A model generated the notes under the pieces. It was not told where the DNA came from. It ran no database searches and saw only the letters and a list, made by a program, of their open reading frames with translations. DNA of 63,478 bases, counting the filler, from Saprolegnia diclina VS20 (taxonomy: Eukaryota), in assembly GCF_000281045.1 (NCBI RefSeq). It is 5 parts of 2 records of this genome, joined end to end, with 100 filler letters (N's around TTAATTAATTAA, not from the genome) between each part and the next. Parts side by side here need not be neighbours in the genome. Positions count along the whole stretch, not along the records: positions 54,119 to 62,038 come from NW_008246072.1; positions 62,139 to 63,478 come from NW_008246074.1; 3 more parts are not named here. The stretch is one strand, 5' to 3'. Positions within the stretch are counted from its first letter, which is position 1. Each line of letters starts with the position of its first letter. This document shows positions 56,830 through 63,478 of this stretch, piece after piece. A program made the position numbers and the translations under genes.

Positions 56830-57717
56830 ATGTACACGACGTCGTACGAAGCGACGCCGCTAGTCGCGGTCCCAACTGCCTCGCTCGTGCGCGAAGGCGA
56901 CGACGACTCATTCACAGATCACGTGTTTCGCCTTCTCGGGAGCCCGTTCCAGCTCGTGACCGTGCTGCTCGTACCGTACCATGCCTTCAACTTGCTCTTC
57001 GCGGTCGCCGCCGCGGTCGCCGTCGTTGCCGGCACGGCGCTGGGTCTTGGCCTCCTCCCGCTCTGCTGCTTTGGCGTGCTCGTGCTTCAAGGCGTACTCT
57101 ACTTGATGCTGTCGCTTGCCAAGGTCGACGTGTCACTCTACAACTGCGTCGCGCCGCGCGGTGACCGCATCCTCGATACGTTCCACATGCCGCGCCAGGG
57201 TCCGTTCCGGTTTGCGGGCCAGCGGCTCTCGCCGGGCCTCACGCAGCTCTTCTCGCAAGAGTCGTTCCTGGGCATGTTCTACTTTGTATTTGTCAAGTGC
57301 CCGCTCACGCTGATTGCGAGCGTCTCGTCGCTCGGGCTGCTGGCGATCGTGAGCGCCTGCGTGGCCTTTCCGCTCCATTACGACTTTTTCGTCGCCCACA
57401 AGGACCTTTTGACGCTGCGCTTCAAGCACGGCACGCTGCGCACGCACGGTGTACTCGAGAGCTTTCCGCTGGCCGAGAGCGACTGGCCCCAAGTCGTTTT
57501 CTTTGGGCTCGTGCTTCTCTACCTCACATGCGTCTGGATGCACGTCTGCGCTATGGTGCTCCGTGCGACAACAAAGGCGTTCTTGTGCGAGTACTTTACC
57601 GCGTCCGGCGTTGTCTACTGCCACGGCCAAGCGTCGTCGTTGCCGCCACCGTCCGCACCGCCGCTCTATGGTTCGGCACCGGCGTCCGTGCAGGCATACG
57701 CGTACGAAAAGCAGTGA
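56830..57717 (+). CDS. Multi-pass membrane protein with 'putative sensor' (PF13796-like) domain
   Basis: YHAFNLLFAVAAAVAVVAGTALGLGLLPLCCFGVLVL...LAKVD...YFVFVKCPL follows the helix pattern of bacterial putative-sensor domains. Pro-rich C-tail (PSAPPLY). Confidence 0.6.
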   Translation: MYTTSYEATPLVAVPTASLVREGDDDSFTDHVFRLLGSPFQLVTVLLVPYHAFNLLFAVAAAVAVVAGTALGLGLLPLCCFGVLVLQGVLYLMLSLAKVDVSLYNCVAPRGDRILDTFHMPRQGPFRFAGQRLSPGLTQLFSQESFLGMFYFVFVKCPLTLIASVSSLGLLAIVSACVAFPLHYDFFVAHKDLLTLRFKHGTLRTHGVLESFPLAESDWPQVVFFGLVLLYLTCVWMHVCAMVLRATTKAFLCEYFTASGVVYCHGQASSLPPPSAPPLYGSAPASVQAYAYEKQ

Positions 57718-58007
57718 GCGACGGACGACATATGACCGTCGCTCCAAGTCGCTGTTGCGATCTTCTGTCGTAGAGTACTATCTAATGCGTTTGGCACTGT
57801 GCTCGTGTTGCACTATCGCAGTGGTTATGACATTAGAGGTTGCTAGCTACATATGCACCCTCGCATAGCTGGGACATCATGTTCAACTGCATGATTTTGC
57901 CTGCGGTAGCGCTGCGCGACTAAAAGTTTAGCAAGGAACGACATACATATAACTAGCTGGCTCGTGTTGGTTAAACTGCAATCGGCACGGCAGAAACCAC
58001 CGGGTTA

Positions 58008-58841
58008 TCAGACCAAAAAGGGCGAAATGAACGCCTTGGCCGCCGACAAGCGCGCGTAGACGCCCGGTGTGTTAGCCAGCCCGCACTCGTAGCCCCAGCT
58101 CACGACACCAACGACAACGTCTTCGCCGTTTTGCGTAATCGTCAGCGGACCGCCCGAGTCGCCTTGACACACGTCCTCGCCCTGGACGCCACCAGCACAG
58201 ACGTTGGAGCTGCGAATGTGGGGGTACGTGCCCTTGCTCGCCGCTTGGATGGCCGCGTTGCACTTGTCGTTGTCCCAGATCTTGACGTCGACTTGCTTGA
58301 GGACGAGCGACGGCGGCCCGAGGACGCCGTTCATGATACGACCCCACCCACGCACCGTGCCGACGGTGCCCACGGGGCTGTCGTCGAACGAAACTCGGAT
58401 CGGCTTGATTGTCGACGGCGTCTCAAGCTCGAGGATGGCCCAGTCGTTGAATGGCGTGTCAAAGAGCTCGACGTACTCGGGGTGCATGATCTTGCGCTTG
58501 ATGCGAATGCGCTCGCCGTCGAGGCCGCCAATGTTGTAGCGCGTGCCTACCGCGACGTAGTTGATCGAGTCGTCGACGCAGTGGCCCGCCGTGAGAACAT
58601 AGGTGGGCGCAATGAGCGCGGCACCGCAGATCGAGAGACCCCAAGAGCTCTTGCGCACGCCCGCCATAAACAAATCGTCGCCACGCGGAACGGTGCTGCC
58701 GCCAATGATCTCTGGCTGGCCGTGGCCGCGCGGCGGCGTCGGTGTCGCGTCCGTCGCGTTCTCGGAGGACGTGCAACCGGTGTGGGCGGCCACGTCCAGC
58801 GCTGCGAGCAAGAGCGTCGATATATAGAGTTTATGTAGCAT
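58008..58841 (-). CDS. Secreted trypsin-like serine protease (S1A), copy 1
   Basis: Signal peptide, then IIGG, CGAALI, LTAGHC, DWAIL, DVCQGDSGGP, GVVSWG and PGVYARL. Triad and S1 Asp are intact. Confidence 0.95.
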   Translation of the reverse strand: MLHKLYISTLLLAALDVAAHTGCTSSENATDATPTPPRGHGQPEIIGGSTVPRGDDLFMAGVRKSSWGLSICGAALIAPTYVLTAGHCVDDSINYVAVGTRYNIGGLDGERIRIKRKIMHPEYVELFDTPFNDWAILELETPSTIKPIRVSFDDSPVGTVGTVRGWGRIMNGVLGPPSLVLKQVDVKIWDNDKCNAAIQAASKGTYPHIRSSNVCAGGVQGEDVCQGDSGGPLTITQNGEDVVVGVVSWGYECGLANTPGVYARLSAAKAFISPFLV

Positions 58842-59827
58842 ATTGGTGCTGCGCGGAGGACGGAGGAAATGGAAATGTAATGGCAGCCAAGTAACTTGAC
58901 AAGATGACGGAGCAGCTGTAAACAGCTGGTACTTGCGTGCAGCACGTTTGTGCCTCGGCGACCCGGCTTTTGTGTAGGGACGGTGTGGCACAGGCGCGGA
59001 GGCTCACGTTATTGGACCCAAAAGCCTCCAAAAACCCCGAGGCGGCCTTTTTGCGTGCATTACGCGACCATTACAGAGCACCGACACGTACTGTGGAAGG
59101 AGCGTCTAGAATGTGCGCCAGAGTTGGAAACACGATTAACTTGGAACTGGAGAGGTTCACGAGCGTACCAGTAGAGCGAAGCGCCCGTGAGCCGTACATG
59201 GGCTGTGGCAACAGAGCAATGTTCGTGTTTGGTATTCGCACACTAGCTGTATTCGCACCGCTGCTGCCTCCAAGATCGACCACGCGGTCCACGACGGTTT
59301 CACGTTACGTTACCTCGACTTCTTCGGAGCATTGGATGGATACGCAGCACGTATGCGCTTTAGCAATGCGAATTCTCGGTTGCGTACGAACTATACTGGG
59401 CAAATTTGGGCTCATCATTCTAGCATGGGTACGCAGAGGCACCGGGGAGCTTGACGTTTTGTGATACGCTGTACCGAAGCTTGACAAATGAACGGCTACG
59501 ACGCAGCGAGCGTTACGTGTATCGTAGAACGGTCGTGGACCGCACGTTACACGTATCCAGCACATGTGCTATCGCTTTGCATCGAGTCTATCAATTCAGC
59601 AGGCAGCCAAGTCAGCCGCGCATCGAGTACCCACTGGCGGCTAAGTCTGTGGTGCACCGTCCGAACCAGCGCGGATCCGCTGCGTGCGATCCCACGTTGC
59701 CCTTGCTGGAAGGTTCAAGTTGTACATGCATCAAGACTTCATTTACATGTCACGGGTTGACCCATGCACATGTTTACAAGTGACTCTGTGTGGAAGGCAC
59801 TTGTCAACAACAAGGCAGCGACGCAGC

Positions 59828-60643
59828 TTACGCCGAGAGGTACGGCGAAATGAAATCCTGAGCCTTGGACAAACGCGCGTACACGCCCGGTGTGTTCTGG
59901 AGAGCGCAGCCGTAGCCCCAGCTGACGACACCCGTGATGACGTCCTCGCCGTTGGCACCCTTGACCGTGAACGGACCACCCGAGTCGCCCTGGCACGAGT
60001 CCTGGCCGCGAACGCCGCCCGCACAGACCATCGTGTCGGTGACGTGCTGGGCCGCGCCCTGGCTGGTCTGCTGGATGGCCTTGTCACACTTGGCGTTGTC
60101 CCAGATCTTGACTGAGACCTCCTTGAGGACGTTGGAGCCCGAACCGCCCGAGCGCGTGCTGCCCCAACCACGCACAGTCGCGACAGTGCCGACGGCATTG
60201 TCGTCGAACTTGACCTTGATCGGCTTGGTCTTGGCTGCCGTCTCGAGCTCGAGGATGGCCCAGTCGTTGAACGGCGTCCCTTCAACCGAAACGTAGTCGG
60301 GGTGGACGATGCGGCGCGTGACACGGATGCGCTCGCCATCCGCGCTGCCACTGGCGAAGTGCGTCCCGAGGGCGACGTAGTTGGCCGTAAAAGCGTCGGT
60401 TTCAATGCAGTGGCCGGCCGTGAGAACGTACTTGGGGGCGATGAGGGCACCGCCGCAGAACGTGCTACCGGCCGCGGTCTCACGCAAGCCAGCAAGGTAC
60501 AAGTGCTTGCCAACGGCGGCTTCAACACCGCCGACGATCTCGGGGTTGACGTTCGTGCCGTTGCCAGCAGCGCGGAGCGAGGCCGCGTCGGTGGCGACCG
60601 AGAGCGCGGCGAGGGCAGCGAGGATGGCAGACGGAGCACGCAT
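59828..60643 (-). CDS. Secreted trypsin-like serine protease (S1A), copy 2
   Basis: Signal peptide, then IVGG, FCGGALI, LTAGHC, DWAIL, DSCQGDSGGP, GVVSWG and PGVYARL. Confidence 0.95.
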   Translation of the reverse strand: MRAPSAILAALAALSVATDAASLRAAGNGTNVNPEIVGGVEAAVGKHLYLAGLRETAAGSTFCGGALIAPKYVLTAGHCIETDAFTANYVALGTHFASGSADGERIRVTRRIVHPDYVSVEGTPFNDWAILELETAAKTKPIKVKFDDNAVGTVATVRGWGSTRSGGSGSNVLKEVSVKIWDNAKCDKAIQQTSQGAAQHVTDTMVCAGGVRGQDSCQGDSGGPFTVKGANGEDVITGVVSWGYGCALQNTPGVYARLSKAQDFISPYLSA

Positions 60644-61971
60644 CGTGGTAGTTGTGGTTGCAAGAAAGCAAATCGAGATATGGCTTTGACCTCGCACCCC
60701 AAAAGCGGCGTGCGTTTTGAACTTGGTCGCATCGATCGAAACGCAGTTGGCACCGTCTGAGTACAAGAGTCGGTTTGTATTTCGGGCGTCGTTGGCGGGT
60801 ACGAATCGTGAGTCGAGTAGCAAATCGCTGACTCAGATGCACTCGAAATGTGCCGGTGACCCAAGGTGTACTCGACGCTGCGACGTGAGTAGCTGCGCCT
60901 TGATCAACGCACGACTCTGACCTGATCAGAGCGGCGCGCACGAAAAACGCGGCTTGAGCGTCCTGATTGGTCGCAACGTTTCGGATGCACGAATCTGAGT
61001 CATGCGGAGCAAACAAGCAAAACTTCAGGAGACATATCCGGGACCGAGGACAGCTAAATCAGACAATAGAAGGGGTACCCAAGATCGTTCTCCAATATGA
61101 TCTCGGTGCACGAAATATGTTTTATGGCAGCATGGGATCGGTGCTTTGGACTGTGTTTGCGTCGATGCATGAGGAGTGGCAGCAACTCTTGCAGGACGCG
61201 TTTGCCTTCGTTGCAATATCGTACCGGGATTGAATACCTTTGTCGCAGCCTTTAATCAAGGCTAGAAAATGTTGCCCCTTGAGTCTATGCTCAATTTGGT
61301 ACCGTCCATCATCGCGAGCCACTTGAATTGGTGGTTTTTAGCCAGCCGAAAAGTCTTTAACGTCCTTGGTCAAGTGTCGCATACATCAATGTAGTATCTT
61401 TGTGGTACTCGGATGTTGCATACCGGTACATCGAGCCTAGAAACCTCCTCCTTCTTTCCACTCGCTCGCCAGCCACGGTTGCGCTGGCGGCGGCACGGGG
61501 CTCATCTACCGGTAGCTCTTCTGAGTTTTGTGCAGGACGATACTTTAGGACATACTAGTACACGGCGATTCGGAGCTCGTGCTCTCGATCACCATTGTCA
61601 GATGCCTATGTCTGATTTCGCAATGCGATGACTGCTGCTCCCTATGGATGGTTTTCAAAGTTGTCGGAAACCTATACTGTACTTTAGTACGAGGCTTGTT
61701 TATTCGTACTCCTCAAGATGGCAAGTTTTAGACCGGCTTGTGTGGATCAGACTCGTGGATTTTTCATCTCGTGGCCACGGACAATACCCACGGCGTGACT
61801 TTGAATGGAAGATGGAGCGAACATATTGTTGGAAGGTCGTCAATTGAACAAAGCGCCTTTGCATCGGCTGGAGATCGCGGCCGTGGTCACAGCAACCGGA
61901 GCACGATAATCACGGCCTATCCGAGTTGAAAACATCGATCACATCTTGGATAGTATGTTAGTCGTCGCTCT

Positions 61972-62011
61972 AGTAGCTAGTCACCAGAGTAGCTAGTCAC
62001 CAGAGTAGCTA
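61972..62011. repeat. 17-bp tandem duplication (AGTAGCTAGTCACCAG-type) near contig end
   Basis: agtagctagtcaccag occurs twice, followed by agtagcta. Confidence 0.7.
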
Positions 62012-62038
62012 TTTGATTCCGACCGACCAAGCTTGTGC

Positions 62039-62138
62039 NNNNNNNNNNNNNNNNNNNNNNNNNNNNNNNNNNNNNNNNNNNNTTAATTAATTAANNNNNN
62101 NNNNNNNNNNNNNNNNNNNNNNNNNNNNNNNNNNNNNN
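62039..62138. other. Artificial contig-join spacer
   Basis: TTAATTAATTAA at 62083-62094 within Ns. Confidence 0.95.
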
Positions 62139-62992
62139 TACGTGAGCCACATGCTCATGATGAACCAGCCGAGCGCGATCGAGACAAACTTGGCGAGCTG
62201 CATGTTCTCCGCCTCGGCCTTGGCCACGTTTTCACCGTAGCGCGTCTTGGCCCGCGGCTCGCCGTTGAGCGACGCGACCGTGCGCATGGACCCAATGGTC
62301 TCCTCGGCGACGGCACCGGCGGCGGCATAAACCTGCTGACTCCGGGTCGTCGACTCTTGAAGACGCTTGATAAGCCACGTGAGCGAGATGGCCATCATCG
62401 GCATGACCGCGCACATGGCGAGCGAGATGTTCCAGCCCTTGTAAAAGCCGATCGCGTAGCCGACAATGAACTGGAAGACGGCGCGGAGGGCCTCGCCGAG
62501 CTTCTCGCCCATGCCTTCCTTGATCTTGACGGTATCCCCGGAAATGCGCGACGCGAGCTCGCTGGCGTCGCGCTGGTCGTACCACCCAATCTCTTGAAAC
62601 ACAATGTGCTTGAGGACTTCGCGGCGCAGCGACCGCATTTGGCGCTCGGCAGAAATCGCAAAGCACGTAAACGAGCCGTAGCCCGCAACAAGGAGGACGA
62701 TCGCGAGGATCAGGTAGTTGAGGCACGTCTCGTTGATGGCCGACTGGTTGAACGGCGTAAAGTTGTTGAGCGCGTCGCCAAAGAGGATCGCCATAAAGGG
62801 CAGCGCGCCGCCGCTTACGATCGACATGACGAGACCCACGCCCATGAGGGCCCAGTCGCTCGGCGTCGCATACCGGTAGAGCGACAGGAACGAGAATTTG
62901 GCCGGCGGGGTCGACGCGTCCTCGGTCACCGGCCCCCGCGGCGTCTGCACGACAACGTAGTCGTCTTTGGTGCCTTTATCGGGTGGCGCCAT
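62139..62992 (-). CDS. ABCB (P-glycoprotein/MDR) transporter, N-terminal TMD1; truncated at contig end
   Basis: FSFLSLYRYAT, GGALPFMAILFG, AERQ, QEIGWYD, ELASRISGD..KIKEGMGEK and YAAAGAVAEETIGSMRTV are ABCB1-type TMD1 motifs. Confidence 0.95.
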
Positions 62993-62998
62993 GAAGGT

Positions 62999-63014
62999 GA
63001 GTTGAAGAATGAGG
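62999..63014 (-). promoter_or_regulatory. INR-like core promoter of the ABCB gene
   Basis: The minus strand reads CCTCATTCTTCAACT just upstream of the ATG. Confidence 0.45.
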
Positions 63015-63478
63015 ACGCTGCAGAGAAGACATAGCTTTCGAAGCTGCTACAGCGAGCGTCGTCGCGCGGCAGCAGACGCGCGCCGCTTGCGTTTCCAGGC
63101 GCCAACCCGCGTCTCGAAATCGCGATCTTCGAGCGCGGCTTCGACGTCGTCTTTGATTGGTGGAAATCAGACGATTACGGGGCGCGATCCGAGAGTCATT
63201 GGATTTGGTCGCAAACGATTCGTTTTGACAGGTGGTAGAAACAGCACTTGCGGGAGTGTGGTCGGCGGGACATGTCCGATATGTGTTGTGACAGGTAAGG
63301 AATGCAGGTCTCGAAGATCGCAATTACGGTTTCGCGCCACCTCGAAGCAAGGTCATCGCGCCGCTTTGGAGACATGGAACCCACGCTCGCTCCGAGGTTA
63401 CGTATGCTCTACCACGGGATTCGGTAGCGTCATACTGGATATGCTACATTAGTGCAGAACTGCGTCGAGACTGGCACT

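Noticed and set aside
1..63478. CRISPR array, prophage or bacterial operon
   Set aside because: No repeat-spacer array or prokaryotic gene organisation is present; genes carry spliceosomal introns and eukaryotic markers (eIF6, WDR82).

Overview
Eukaryotic genomic DNA, most likely an oomycete of the Saprolegniales (inferred from GC-rich coding regions, 42-55 nt GT-AG introns, INR/FPR-like core promoters and gene content). It is a draft assembly. Four 100-nt spacers containing the six-frame stop linker TTAATTAATTAA (around 15.6, 30.3, 54.1 and 62.1 kb) join separate contigs, so gene order across them is unproven. The window has a pogo/Tc1-type non-autonomous element with 24-bp TIRs and a TA duplication, and a GH27 alpha-galactosidase-like gene lacking its nucleophile. 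It also has three tandem BTB/POZ genes plus one pseudogene, an ankyrin-like gene, a WDR82/Swd2-like gene, a tRNA-Val(CAC)-like relic and a rearranged LRR-like paralog array. A 14-kb array holds at least 4 intact genes and 3 fragments of large 2OG-Fe(II)-oxygenase-like genes; all four intact copies have lost their iron-binding histidines. The second half has MAPEG, GT60 and GT71 genes, two divergent IQ-motif genes (one very large, with EF-hand and degenerate alpha/beta-hydrolase segments), eIF6, a bacterial-type sensor-domain membrane protein, two intact trypsins and the 5' part of an ABCB transporter. The strongest candidate for undescribed biology is the pseudo-oxygenase array, with its internal F-box/BC-box-like motif and C-terminal CxCxxC. 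All family calls come from motif recognition by eye; no database searches were run.
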